Assembly (NCBI GenBank): GCA_038087875.1 | Contig: JAXLNO010000313.1 | Location: 1-64,000, forward strand | Source: Malacoraja senta | Taxonomy: Eukaryota | Direction: 5' to 3' | DNA: 64,000 nucleotides | Shown here: positions 10,459-23,835 of the stretch, piece after piece | How the letters are laid out: every line of letters starts with the position of its first letter | How positions within the stretch are numbered: the stretch's first letter is position 1 | Translations under genes and position numbers: made by a program | Notes under the pieces: model-generated | What the model was told of the DNA's origin: nothing | Seen by the model: the letters and a program-made list of their open reading frames with translations, nothing else | Databases searched by the model: none

Positions 10459-12220
10459 AGGGAGAGGAGGAGGGGCTAGTGGGCAGCGTGGAGCGGTAAG
10501 AAGGGGAAACGTGAATGGACGGGGGGATATGGTGAGATGGAAGGACTAGGGAGAGACGGGGGTGTGTGGAGGGACGGGGCGGCGGGAAAAAGTGAGGTAA
10601 AGACGGGTGGAGTGAGAGGATTCGGTAATGGGCTGGACGGGGAGTAAGTGAGAAACACACCTCGTCTCCTCCACTCTCCGTATTTACCCTTCGCGTCCCC
10701 CCGCTAGTTCCCTTCCTTCGCCTCGTCTATCCCCGTCCCCCAGTCTCACCGCCCTCCCCCTTTCCCTCCACCCCCTGCCTCTGGCACGAATGTTTCCCTG
10801 CCAAAACCGTTTCTTTCTCCGCACAACCCTCCCCCCACCCCACTCCGCCCCACCCCACCCCCCGCCAGTCCTGCCATCACTTTTGACTTCCACTCTCCTC
10901 CCACTCTCCCCTTTCCTTCCAACATTCTCGCGAGCTATCCCCATTCCCCAGTGTCTCTCACTCTCCCCGTTTCTCTGCATCCTCCCCCACATCCCGCTTC
11001 TCCCGACTACCATTCTCTCCCCACTTAGCCATCTTGTCCCAATCCCCTTAACTCCACAACCCACTGCTTCCCCGCACGCGCCTCCCTCCAATCCGTCCAT
11101 GCCCATCCCCCAGTCTCTCCCATTCGTCCGTCTCTCCCACATTTAGCCCCACTCCCCCGTATCCCCTATTCACTCACTACCACGCTCACAGAGTCTGTCC
11201 ATTACCCACGTCTCTCACAGCTCCACCCCCGTCTGTCGCCGTCACTCCCACTCCTCAGTCTCTTCCAATTCCCTAAAACCACTCCCCACTCGCACGTCTG
11301 CCCCAACTCCGCATTTCCCGCCTACCCGCCAGCTCCACATATCTCTCTGTAATTACCCCACCCGCTTTCCGCACTCCGCCCACCTCTCCCCACTCCTCCG
11401 ACTCCTCCGGTCGCTCTCTACCGCCTGCGTTTCTCCCCACGTTCCCCGTCTCCACAGCCCCAACCACGTGCCTCCGCCACGCCGCTCGACTCCCCCCCCC
11501 CTCTCTCCACAACTCCATGCATCTCCTCACCCCATCGTCTTCCATCCAGTTATGTCTCCCCCGCGTGTCCCCTTCCCCGTCTCTTCCCGTTCACATCGGC
11601 AAATTTCATTCCTACTTCTGGTCCCACATCATCATTCTCCCACCTCCCACTCCCTTTACCCACCAACTCCACACCCATCCTCACCTCCTCGTCCTCACGC
11701 ACTCCACTGTCTCTCCCATATCCCCCGATCTGCCTTCTCCACACCCTCTCAGCCCCTCGTTTCTCCCCCTCTTGATCCCCACGTCCCCGTCTCATCCCTA
11801 TCCACAAACCCCCGCCACTACCCGCGTCTCTCCATCAGTCTCGCGTCCCTCGGCCATTCCACGCGTCACTCTGCCTGTGCCCCCTCTCTGCATGTTCCTA
11901 CGTCCTCCGTGCCCCTCCATTCGCTCTATGTCTCCATTCACTGCCCTACCACTCACCACGCTCCCCCTCTCTCCACCCCCTCATTCTTTAGAACTCCTGC
12001 GAGTGCAGGCCCAGTACCGTCAAAGACGCATGCTATTTAATGATCTTTTCTCGGATTGGGAGTTACGTCCACTGAGTTACTTAACTCTACTCGTCCAAGG
12101 ATTCTAGCTGACCTGAAAGAGAATTTACATGGAAGGGGAAGGACAGAGCCCCTGTGGAATGAAATTGCTTGCACCTACTGAGGGCGTGGCCACCAACAGC
12201 GTGAGAGTGAATGGCCGCCA

Positions 12221-13930
12221 GTCCCGATTGTGTGTCATTATGAGGGTGTTTCAAGAGTGAGGTCCCATTCGTGGGTCATGATTCTGAATTCTAATTGCTG
12301 AATGGCCTCCTATTCAATAGCAACGCGGCAGCTCCTTTAGTTGAAGATTGACACAGTAAGTAGGTATGTTACAATACTTGCCTTCAGTCGCGCTGCAATT
12401 CTGCCACTGGCCGTGTGCGCGATTTTGGCGGCTTTAAGGGGGGGGGGGCGGGCTTAAACGCGGGTTTCTCCTACCTTGTCCTGTATGATATTTCGTTTGA
12501 GTACAAGCGTTGCTGAAAAATCGTTCCTAGGGGCGTTTTGTGATTTTTTTTTTTAAATTAAATCGTCAATATCAGCCCTGGAGTTGTTTTAAAATCAGCT
12601 CCTGAAGCCGTCAACGCCGATAACGGGGGACGGATTTCACGTACGGGACAGGTAAACGAAAGTGGTTTATTTTAATGTATAAAAGTGCTTCTTAAGAAGC
12701 TTTAATTCACATTTTTGCTTGGTATTAATTTACAGGTATTAAACATTCAATTCCTTCCATTTGGCCTGTAAATTCACGATAATGAGATTTAAAAATTATG
12801 TTATATTGTGAATTATTGTGTGAATGTTATTTGGACACAGGCTATTTAAAAATGTTAATCTATTCTTAAGAAATTGATAGATGTTCAGATCTAGTAATTG
12901 AAGTTTGTATTTAGCTACAATTAGGCAACTAACTAATTATATGCTTTAATTTCATGTCTTCTAAGTAAGATTGTTTTCATATTTGTTCAGAATGCTTCAT
13001 TCTATTATAACTGAAAATTTCTTTCAGTTCTCTTAATTTTTAAGAAAGTTATGGGCTTTTGACTGTCCTCACACAGCTTTTGTGTTAAGTCAATGGAAAG
13101 CAATAGGGAACAATATGCTAATTTCCGAGTATGAAAATGGCCATAACTTTTTTAATACTGAAGATATGAAAGTGAATTAGGTGTCAAATTAAACATTTTT
13201 TAATGCTTTATCGGATGGGATAAATTGCAGACTTTATTTTTAAAATCTCAAAATTTTGTAACATTGCTACCGTAAGCTGGACCAACTCAGAGGCTCAGGC
13301 AGCATCTCCGGTGAAACGTAATAGGTGATGCTTCGAGTCAAGACCCGTCTCAACAAGAAACGTCACCAATTCACCCTTCCAGAGATGCTGTCTGACCCGC
13401 TGCTACACCAGCTCTTTTGTCTATGTTCGGTTTTAAACCAGTATCCGCAGTTCCTTCCCACACAACATATTTGGTGTTGGTGCCCAATAGTCAACAGACT
13501 GCGCAGACAAATCGCAGGGAAATGTGTAATTTCATGTCCCGATTGTGTGATCATTATGAGGGGTGTTTCAAGAGTAAGGCCCATTCGTGGGTCATGACTC
13601 TGAATTATAATTGCTCAATGGCCTCCTATTCAATAGCAACGCGGCAGTTCCTTTAGCCGAAGATTGACACAGTAAGCTGGACCAACTCAGCGGCTAGGCA
13701 GCATCTCCGGTGAAAAAGAATAGGTGATGCTTCGAGTCAAGAACCATCTCAACAAGAAACGTCACCAATTCACCCTTCCAGAGATGCTGTCTGACCCGCT
13801 GCTACACCAGCTCTTCTGTCTATCTTCGATTTTAAACCAATATCCGCAGTTTCTTCCCACACAACATATTTGGTGTTGGTGCCCAATAGTGAACAGACTG
13901 CGCAGACAAATCGCAGGCAAATGTGCAATT
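12221..13930 (+). repeat. Tandem duplication of a ~399-bp unit; first unit interrupted by the TIR element
   Basis: Unit 1 = 12221-12360 + 13277-13535, unit 2 = 13536-13930. Near-identical ORFs at 13325 and 13724 are offset by 399. Confidence 0.9.
12361..13269. mobile_element. Non-autonomous TIR DNA transposon (TAG...CTA termini, hAT-like)
   Basis: Left end TAGGTATGTTACAATA vs reverse complement of right end TAGCAATGTTACAAAA; flanked by CAGTAAG / CCGTAAG; empty paralogous site at ~13661-13685. Confidence 0.8.
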
Positions 13931-15049
13931 CCGCAACAGAGGTTGGGATCCCTGACCCAAATTTCGTGAGAAGTAGTGGGAGTTGGGGGGGGGGGGGGTG
14001 GGAGGGGGGCGTCTAGCCTTCCTGGGTGCAGGAACCCATTCGGTGTGAGGTCGTGGGCTCTCGAAAGAGCTGCGTCCATAATGTCAGGCAGGGCCACGAA
14101 TTTCTACCGAGATTGATAGATTATTGATTAGTAAGGATGTTAGTGGTTGTGGGGAAAGATCAGCCATGATTGAATGAGATCTTTTTTTGAGATCATTTTT
14201 TTCAGAGAACCTAGATAGAGTGAAAAGCTTTTGTTGCGTGCTGATCATTCAGCGGAAAGACAATACATGACTACAACCGAGCCATCCAGAGTGTACGATA
14301 CAAGATTAAGGGAATAACTTGAATAACGTTTAGTGCTCTTAATTTCTTCAATCTCCCCCATCTACCCCACTCCGCCGTGTCCCTACTCACCTCGAATCGC
14401 CCATACCCTTCTAGATTCACTACACTCCCTGCTTTCAACCCCACTATTCCAGCTTTTAATCTCTCAAGGAGAGAGAGAACGTGGAATGACGAAAGATGGG
14501 GAGGTGGGGGAGAGAGGGATGTGGGAGGACATGGAGGGTCTGAGGGGTTGGCGGGGTGAATGGGGAGATAGTGGAGTTGGAAGGGATGGATACGGTATAA
14601 ACGGGGGACGCGTATGACGAGGGTTGTGGGTAGAGATTGGGGAGTGCAAGGACATGGGGTGCTTGGCGAGAAAGGGGTGAGTGGGGAGGGCCGGGGTGGT
14701 GGAGTCCCGGTCAGGGGATGGGTCACATTAAGCTAAACCTCGCTCGTTGGCGGACCCCGCTCCGTGTCAAAGACATTGTACCTAACATACACTCTGGTCT
14801 GGTCATGGTTTCAGCGGCCTCTATGGGCGAGGATTTGGCAGAACCGTGGCCCCTTACGCTGGCCCCATGGAACCACTCCCTGATTAAAGAAATTCCTCCT
14901 CATCTCCTATTCAAAAGTTCGTGCTCTCATTCTGATGCCGTGCCCTCTGGTCCAAGAGATTGAATACAACGTAGCAAAGTGCGCAGTCGGTCATTTTCGT
15001 AGTAAGACGAAATACGTTGCATATTCTGTAAAAGCAGGGCCCTCAGGAC

Positions 15050-15510
15050 ATTGATCTCTGGATTCCTTCGGGTGCCGTGCTAATGAGGGGAAGGACGGAA
15101 AGATTGGGGAGATTAATGCGCGGTTTAGGAGTTGGTGCAGGGGGCATGGTTTCACATTTCTAGACTAATGATATCTCTTCTGGGGAAATGGTGACATTAA
15201 GAAGACGCATGGGTAGCACCGCAGTATCAGGGAGCTGCAGGTCTAAAATGTTTGTCGTAGTGAGGTATTTCATCTTTCCCATTATTGACTGGAAATGTCA
15301 TGGTGCAAAATGTTTAGACGGGCGGGATTTGCCAAATGTGATCTGGAGAATTTTCTGCGACAATATGTAGATGCCCCACGCGGTAGAGGGCTACGCTTGA
15401 AATTATATTGGGAAAATGGGAGGGGCAAGTGGATGAAGTGTTCCTGGATGAGCCTTTTGGGGCCAGCGACCACTGTCGTATCATGTTTAAGGTAGTCATG
15501 GATAAGGAGA
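15050..15510 (+). mobile_element. Decayed CR1 5'/endonuclease-region fragment
   Basis: Residual motifs GDFxFPxIDW-like, FLRQYVDAPTR-like and LGASDH. Confidence 0.6.
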
Positions 15511-16922
15511 GAACGGGCTTGTATTGAATGATGGCTAATAACTCTCAGCCATGGCTCCCGCAATTTCCTCTCTAGCTTCCCACAGTGTCATCAGTTATAC
15601 CTGATCATGCCGGGATAGTTGTCTAATTACATATGTGTCAAGTCTTTCAGCATCTCTGTGAACGCAAACTGACTGGTATCAAGACACTGCCATTGACTAC
15701 CGCAAGATGATCCGTGATCCTGACTATCTCCACGGTTAAAAGGGAGCAGAAATAATAGATTAGGACTTTGTCCATCTCCTGTACCATCACATAGAGTTTC
15801 CACTTTGATTCCTGCATGTCCCACTCTCTTTCTGGTTACCCTTTTCTATTTATACTAGACAAAGTGGGACCTGTTGGGTCCCGTCCCCTCAACTCCCTTG
15901 CGGTATCATTTAATATTAATTTAATATTATTAATTCGTTCCATTTACCCCATCCCCGCCCTATCCTCTCGCTCACAGCCCCCGAGTCGCAGGCGCGTCTA
16001 GAGTGGGAGAGGGAGGAGGGTTGGACAGAGAGAGGGCAGAGGGAGAGAGGGCAGAGACCGAGAGAGTAGGACAGAGCCAGAGATAAAGGGGCAGAGACAG
16101 ATAGAGAGGGGCAGAGACAGATAGCGGGGCAGAGACAGGGAGACGGACAGAGAGGGGGGGGGGTGGGAGAGAAGGGGGAAGAGAGAGTGAGAGAAGGGGG
16201 AGAGAGGAGGGAGAGAGGGCTGAGATAGTGGGGTGAGAGACGGGCGGAGAGGGTGAGAGAAGGGGGAGAGATGGGTGAGACAGGGTGGAGAGAGTGAGGG
16301 TGAGATGTGGAAGAGTTAGGGGGAGGGAGGGCAGGGAGAGAGGGGAGAGTGGGGGGATAGAGGTCGGGGAGAGCGGGGGTAAGAAAGAGTAGAGAGGGGG
16401 AGAGGGGAAATAGGGGGAGAGAGGGGAGCGAGAAGGATGGGAGAGAAGGTTGAAGAGGGGGGAGGGAGAGGAGAGAGGACCGGGTAGGGGAGAGGAGGGG
16501 GGAGCCAGAAAGGGGGAGAGTACGGGTTGTGTTTAAGGGGGCGGCAAGGGGTGGAGGAGGGATGGAGATAGGGGGGGAGAGGGGGGAGGGAGAGAAAGGG
16601 GGGAGAGAGGGGGAGAGATGGAGTATAGAGGGGCGGGAGAGGAGAGAGGTCGTGGAGGTAAGAGCAGGGGACGGGATGGGGAGAGAGGAGGTGGGAGAGG
16701 AGAAGCAGGGAGAAGAGGAGGGGAAGAGGAGGAGGGGAGAGGAGGAGGGGGGATAGGAGGAGGTGGAAGATGAGAATTCCAGCCCGTCTACACATTTTGC
16801 ACCATGACATTTCCAGTCAATAATGGGAAAGATGAAATACTTTACTACGACAAACATTTTAGACCTGCAGCTCCCTGATACTGCGGTGCTACCCATGCGT
16901 CTTCTTAAGGTCACCATTTCCC
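15183..16922. repeat. ~148-bp inverted repeat pair (15183-15330 / 16775-16922)
   Basis: ORFs 15188 (+) and 16917 (-) both begin MVTLRRRMGSTAVSGSCRSKMFVVV; nucleotide reverse complement is visible. Confidence 0.9.
15520..16770 (+). repeat. Third, more diverged copy of ~6838-8100 (CR1 piece plus Helitron 3' end) inside the palindrome spacer
   Basis: Same CR1 flank and same Helitron junction (tttatactagacaaagtgggacctgttgggtccc, CTAG 15855-15858), so a segmental copy rather than an independent insertion. Confidence 0.85.
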
Positions 16923-18444
16923 TGTGGAATAATTCAGTCCCCCATTGTCTCCGAGCAATAGAGTGAATGTCCCAGCGACTTGACCGCGTCCTGCCTCACA
17001 TCTCTCCCCACGTCTCTCACTGATGCTCCAATCTCCCTCCACCCACCTGTTTCTCGCCACTCTAACGGTCTCGCCCCAGCTCCCGACTCACTGCCACGCC
17101 CGGCATTCTCCATCCGCACTCCTCCCCCCCTCCCCCCGTCTTTGCGCCTCAGCTCATCACTCCACTCTCTCCATCCATCCCCTCTTCTCCGAATCTACCG
17201 CACGCCCCATGGCTCCCCTCTCTCCACGACTTTCCAAGACTCACCCTGTCATCCTGATATCCCCCCGCAACCTGTCCCCCACACTCGCCACTGCTCAGAG
17301 CAGAGAGAACTATGTTACAGGTTGTGTAAACCTGCCATCTCACGGAGCCAACTGATATTCGGACCCCGCCCGCATTTGTTCCGTCTCTCCCCACCCCACC
17401 ATCCCGCAATCTTCCACTCGCTCCCCGTCTATTCCTCGTACTCGAAGCGCTCCCGGCTATTCCCGCCGCTCCCCTTGCTCGTGAGTCTTCTCCAAACAAA
17501 CCCGCCTCATCCCCTCTCACCCCGGTCTCCTGCTGCCCCAACTCATCCTCCTCCCCTCCACGTCGATCCCTGTCTCCCCGCGTCTCCCCTGCCGCTGCCT
17601 GTCCACTTACCCCAGTCTCTCCCCCACACCCAGGTATCTCCCCTCACTACACGTCTCCACTCCCACCCCCACCACCGCAGCACTGCTCCCAATTATCTGA
17701 TCAAACTGGGATGCAAGCGCATTGTTGGGGGCAGTGTGTTGAATGAAACTCTCAGGTAAGCACAACCAGCGACAGGACAGGACACACCGGGCCACTGCCC
17801 TGTGAACACAGATTACTCTCACCGTGTTCACAGCGCGGAGGGTGTGGTTTATAGCCGTTCCGACACCAGCCACAGCCCTGTGTTCATGGCGTTGGAGCGA
17901 GTGATAACGGGAGAGAGAGAACAATAATGTACAGATTGTGTAACCGCTGCTGTCCCTCGGGGCCAAATGACTTTCCGACCCCTCCCCGTCTCTCCCCGTC
18001 TATCCCGCCCTATTCGCGGCTCTTCCGACTTTCCCTTCCGCTCCCCCTCCTCCGGCGGACACTTCCAGAATCTCTTCCCAACTGAACGTCTCTACCTCAG
18101 GATCGCACTCTAATTGATTGTTCGGTTCTTTGAAAGAAATTGAACATCTGGAAAGTGGGATGTTAAAAGTGCTGACAAGAGTTCAGGACATGCACGTCCC
18201 TGTTAGAGTGAAGGGCAAGGCAGGCATACATAAAGAAGCCTGTATGCAGAGAGAAATTGACGCTATAGTCAAGAGTGTAAAGCTGGCATGGACAGATAAA
18301 GGCAGCTGGGATCGTTTAAACCATGAAGATGTTTCGGGAAATAAAGGTGTAAACCAAAATAGAAAATCAGAAGGGAAAATTTGGGAAAGGAGATAGCTGT
18401 GGCAGATTGTGTTAAGGATAATCCGAATAGATTTTATCAGTATA

Positions 18445-19884
18445 TCTATACTTATAAAATTCTGATCTTTTTTTCTTTATTTGTGTGTTAGAGAATTCCC
18501 CCTTGAACTCCGAAACGGCCGTATCTGAAAAAAATGCATCAATTCTCGAGTTATTAGTGAAAATGTTCATAAATCTGAAAAATCATTTATTTAAAAGATT
18601 TTTCAGATTGATGAACATGTTCATTAATAACTCGAGAATTAAAGCATGATTTTTTCAGATACGGCCGTTTCGGTGCCGGCTCTCTTTCGATGATGACGTC
18701 ACAATGGATCTGCGCGCTGCGTTCCACAAACTGCGTTCCACGCCAGTGAGTGAAGAACGAGCCAGTCGGCGCTGTACTGGAGCTCTCAGGTCCATCTCGG
18801 GTCGGTTCGTCTGGGGTCGGTTATGTCTCAGGTCTGGTCCGTCTCGGGTCGGATCCGTTACAAGTCTGGTCCGTCTCTGGTCGGGTCCGTCTCGGCTAGG
18901 ATCCGTCGCGGGTCGAAACCATCTCCAGTCGGGGCCTTCTCCCACCCTCCTCCTCTCACCCCCTCTCTCCCATGCCCTCCCCCTCTTCCTCTTCCCAATC
19001 CCCCTCTTCCCCTCCTCCTCCTCCTCCCCTCCTCTTATCCCCGCTCCTCTTCTCCCACCTCCTCTCTCCCCATCCAGTCCCCTGCTCTCCCCTCCCCGAC
19101 CTCTCTCCTCTCTCCCACCCTCTATACTCCCTCTCTCTCCCTCTCTTCCTCTCCTCTTTCCCCTATCTCCTTCCCTCATCCACCCTTGCCCCCCCCTCAC
19201 ACTCCCCCCCCGTACTGTCCTCCCTTCTGCACCTCTCCTCCTCTTCCCCTCCTCTTCCCCTCCTCTTCCCCTCCTCTCCCCTCCCGGTCTTCTCTCCTCT
19301 CCCTCCCCCCTCTTCCACATTCTCCCATCCCTCTCTCTCCCCTCTCATCCCCTCTTTCCCCCTCTCCCCTCTCTCCTCTCTCTCACCCCCTCCCACCCCG
19401 CTCTCTACCCCCCACTCTCCCCTCTCTCCCTGCCCTCTCTCACCCACACTCTTCCACATTTTTCCCTCAATCTCTCCTCCTGTCTCCCCCATCTCTCCCC
19501 CTCCCCCCTCTCCGCCCGTCTCGCCCCGCACTATCTAACCCCCGTCTCTCGCTCCCTCTCTCCCCCTTCACTCCCCACTTCCCCCTCTGTGTCCCTCTCT
19601 CTATCTCTGCATCTATCACTGTTTCTGCCCCTCTCTTTCTGTTTCTGTCCCTTTCTCTCTGTCTCTCTCCTACCCTCTCTGTCTATGCCCCCTATCTCTC
19701 TTTCCTCTCTCTCTCTAACCCTCCTGCCTCTCACACTCTAGACGCGTCTGCGAGTTGGGGGTTGTGCGCGAGAGGATAGGGCGGGGATCGGGTAAAAGGA
19801 ACGAGTGAATAATATTACTTTAATATTAAATGACACCGCAAGGGAGTTGAGGGGACGGGACCCAACAGGTCACACTTTGTCTAG
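18445..19884 (+). mobile_element. Non-autonomous Helitron, mirror copy
   Basis: TC at 18445 after A; hairpin ~19857-19873; CTAG 19881-19884 followed by T. Confidence 0.8.
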
Positions 19885-22800
19885 TATAAATAGAAAAGGG
19901 TAACCAGAGAGAGAGTGGGACCGTGCAGGAATCAAAGTGGCAACTCTATGTGAGGGCACAGGAGATGGACAAAGTCCTAAACTAGTATTTCTGCTCCCTT
20001 TTAACCGCGGAGATAGTCAGGATCGCGGATCATCTTGCGGTAGTCAATGGCAGTGTCTTGAAAGCAGTCAGTATTGCGGTCACAGAGATGCTGAAGGTCG
20101 TGACACATATGAAATTAGACAACTCTCCCGGCATGACCAGGTATAACCGATGACACTGTGGGAAGCTAGAGAGGAAATTGCGGGAGCCATGGCAGAGAGT
20201 TATTAGTCATCATTCAATACAGGCGAAGTGTTGAAAAACTGGAAGGTGGAAAATGTGCGTCTATTCAAGAAGGGCTACTAGGCAAATGCTGGGAACAACA
20301 GGCCAGTGAGCTTAATATCTGTGGTCCGAAAATTACTTGAGTATTCTTATGGATAGGATATACTTTACATGCATTTAGATGGACAAAGGCTGATTAGGGA
20401 TCTCAGCATGGTTTGGAAGGTACACAAAAATGCCGGAGAAACTCAGCGGGTGCAGCAGCATCTATGGATCGAAGGAGATAGGCAACGTTTCGGGCCGAAA
20501 CCCTTCTTCAGACACATCAGCATGGTTTTGTACGCAGGTGGTCATATCTCACGAATCCGATTGGGTTTCCTGAGGGTGTGACCAAGGAGGTCATTGAAGA
20601 CAGAGCTGTTGACATTGTATGCGTGGATTTCAATAAGGCGTCCGTCATGGTTCAACATGGACAGCTGCTCTGGAAAGTTAGATCCCATAGGGTTCAAGGA
20701 GAGATAGTTCAATGGATAGAACAATGGCTTCATGAAATGAAGCAGATGATAATGGAATGTTGCTTTTCTGACTGGAGTCCTGTGACCAGTAGTGAGCCTT
20801 AGGGTTCGTAGCCGGGCCTATTGCTGTTTGCCATCTATATCAAATATAAATGAGAATGTACATGGCATGATTAGAAAGTTTGCAGGTGACACTAAAGTGG
20901 GTTGTATTGTAGATAGTGAAGATAGCTGTCAAATATTGCAACAGGATATTGATCGCTTCGCCAAGTGGGCTGAGGGATGGTGTTGGAATTTAATACAGAG
21001 AAATGTGAGGCGTTGCATTACATGGGCACGACCTACACAGTGAACAGTGGGGCTCTGGGGAGTGGTGTAGAGCACGGGCATCTTGGAATAGAGGTACCCA
21101 GTTGGTTGAAAGTGCCATCACACTTAGATATTGTACTTAAAAAAAGCTTTTGGCATATTGGTATTGAACAGTCAGAGTATTGAGTATAACAGTTGGGATG
21201 TCATGTTGCAGTTGTATAATACGTTGGTTAAGCTGCTTTTGGAGTACCGTGTTCAGTTTTGCGCATCATGCTATTGGAAAGTGGGCAGAGAAGATTTCCG
21301 AGGATGTTGCAAGCCTCGAAGGGCCGAGGAAAAGCAGCGGTTGTATAGGATAGGACTCTATTCCTTGAGCACAGGAGTATGATGGGTGACCTTACACAGG
21401 TATATAAAATCATGAAAGGAAAAGATCGGGTAGATGCATACAGTCTCTGGCCCAAATCTGGGTAATCGAGAACCAGAGGACATACGATTAAAGTGAAGGG
21501 GGAAATATTATTAGTAACCTGAGGGATTACGCTTTCAAAAAAAGGGTGGTATTGTATGGAACGACCTGCCAGAGTCGGTAGTTGCGACAGATACTATTTC
21601 AACGTTTAATACATGTACGTGGTTCGGACATTTACATGGATTTAGACATGTACGCGGATAGTACGGTTTTAGAGGATCAACTGAGGGCAGGTACGTTGAA
21701 CGTTCTTGTATAGCTAGGGCATGTTGGCCAGTATTATCAAGTTGGGCGGAAGGATCTGTTTCCATGCTGTGAGATTCTATTACGACTCTATAAGTCTAAT
21801 CTGCCATTCAATCATATCTTTCCATCTCAACCCTACTTTCTGCCTTCTCTCCATAATCCCTTACTCATCAACAATATTTTAATCCCGCCTTAAATTATCC
21901 ACTGATTGCCCGCACAGTCGACGGTGGCAATGGATTACACAAATTCACCACGGGAAACTAAAGACATTCCTCTTCATTTCCATTCTAAAGGCACGACATT
22001 TTATTCGGAGGCGGTACCCTCTAGCCATCGGCTCTCCCACTAGTGGAAACACCTTCTCCACATCCATTCTATCCAGGCCGTTCACAGAGGTGCGTGTTCA
22101 GGTGGGGATCAGGAGAGGTGGCGAAATGGGTGTGGGGCAGCATTAGCAGGTTAGTTGGTTACCTAAAATAAGAGAATACAATGTTCATGGCAAGCTGTAA
22201 GGTACTCATGTAAAATATGAAGTGCTCTCGGTCCAGTTTGCGGGTGGCCAGAATATGGCTTTGGAGGACATTGGTCTCGCCGATTAAACAGATGAACAGG
22301 AGGAACTGAACGCGTCCAGCAGCATCTGTGGAGGGAATTCACTGTCGACTACATTCGTCCATTCCGTCCACAAATGCTGACGGAACCTCTGAGTTTCTCC
22401 AGTATTTTGTCTTTTTTTTTCCAAATACACGTCACTCGTGGGGGTGGGGGGGATCAGCAGCTCACAGCACATGCGATTCACGGTTTCATTCAACTTTATT
22501 ATCTCTGTATGAAGAAACGACAACCCTATGCATACCTGTCCACCGTGTTTCCCTCGCCCCATCCCATTCGCCATCACCCACATTCTTCCACCCTCCCCTC
22601 CGTCCCTTCATGTCTTCCCAGTTTCCCCGCGCTTCCCATTCTCCCATCCCCCTAGAAACATAAAAATATAGAAACTTAGAAAATATGTGCAGGAGTAGGT
22701 CGCTCGGCCCTTCGAGCCTGCATCGCCATTCAATATGATCATGGCTGATCATCCAACTCAGCATCCCGTAGCTGCCTTCTCCATACCGCCTGATCCCCTT

Positions 22801-23610
22801 AGCTACAAGGGCCACATCTAACTCCATCTTAAATATAGCCAATCAACTGGCCTCAACTACCTTCTGTGGCTGAGAATTCCAGCGATTCACCACTCTCTGT
22901 GTGAATTTTTTTTTCCGCATCTCGTTTCTAAAATACTTCCCCCTTATCCTTAAACTGTGCCCCCTTGTTCTGGACTTCCCCACCATTGGGAACAATCTTC
23001 CTGCATCTAGCCTGTGCAACCACTTAAGAATGTTGTAAGTTTCTATAAGATCCCCCCTCAATCTTCTAAATTCTAGAGAGTACAATCCGAGTCTATCCAG
23101 TCTTTCTTCATATGAAAGTCCTGATATCCCAGGAATCAGTCTGGTGAACCTTCTCTGTACTCCCTCTATGGCAAGAATGTATTTCCTCATATTAGGAGAC
23201 CAAAACTGTACGCAATAATCTACATCCCTTTTACTTCCTGCCCCACCCCAAAGCTCCCTTTCTCCCCTCTCTGCCCCAATAGCTTTCTCCCCGCCCCACC
23301 CACCCAATACTCCGCAAACCTCCTCCTCTCCACTCCCCATCCCTCCCCGGTACTTGTTCTCCCTCCCTAGCTCTCATTGTGTCACTCGCTCTGCCAGTCC
23401 TGGCCTTTTCTTGCTGTGAAGTCACTGCCGTTGCACCCACCAGCCCTCGATCGCTCCCCGTTTCCCCTACCCGCCGACACATCAGTGCCGTCCCTCCCGA
23501 GTGTGTGAGCATACTCGGTGCAAGCGCAGTGTTGGGGCAGTGTGTTCAATGAAGCTCCCTGTGTCGGGAAGAAAGAAGGACAAAGACGACAAGTGTCTGC
23601 ACAGCGAAGG

Positions 23611-23616
23611 TTTATT
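23611..23616 (-). terminator. Polyadenylation signal AATAAA of second copy
   Basis: tttatt on + strand, mirror of 3444-3449. Confidence 0.7.
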
Positions 23617-23835
23617 CAGCACGGCTCCACACCCTGACACAAAGCTCTATATTCGGCTTTTAGCAACATGCAGCGGGTAAACACGGGATTTCCGTCGGGT
23701 AATAGAAGCGCGGTGCATCGCGAAGAAACTCAGCGCTCACTTTGAGAGGGACAGGCCGTCTACGCGGAGCTCTGGCGGGGCGGACTGTTGGGACCAAGGT
23801 AATGGGTCAGTGGGTGTGGACCGTCCGTTAATGGA

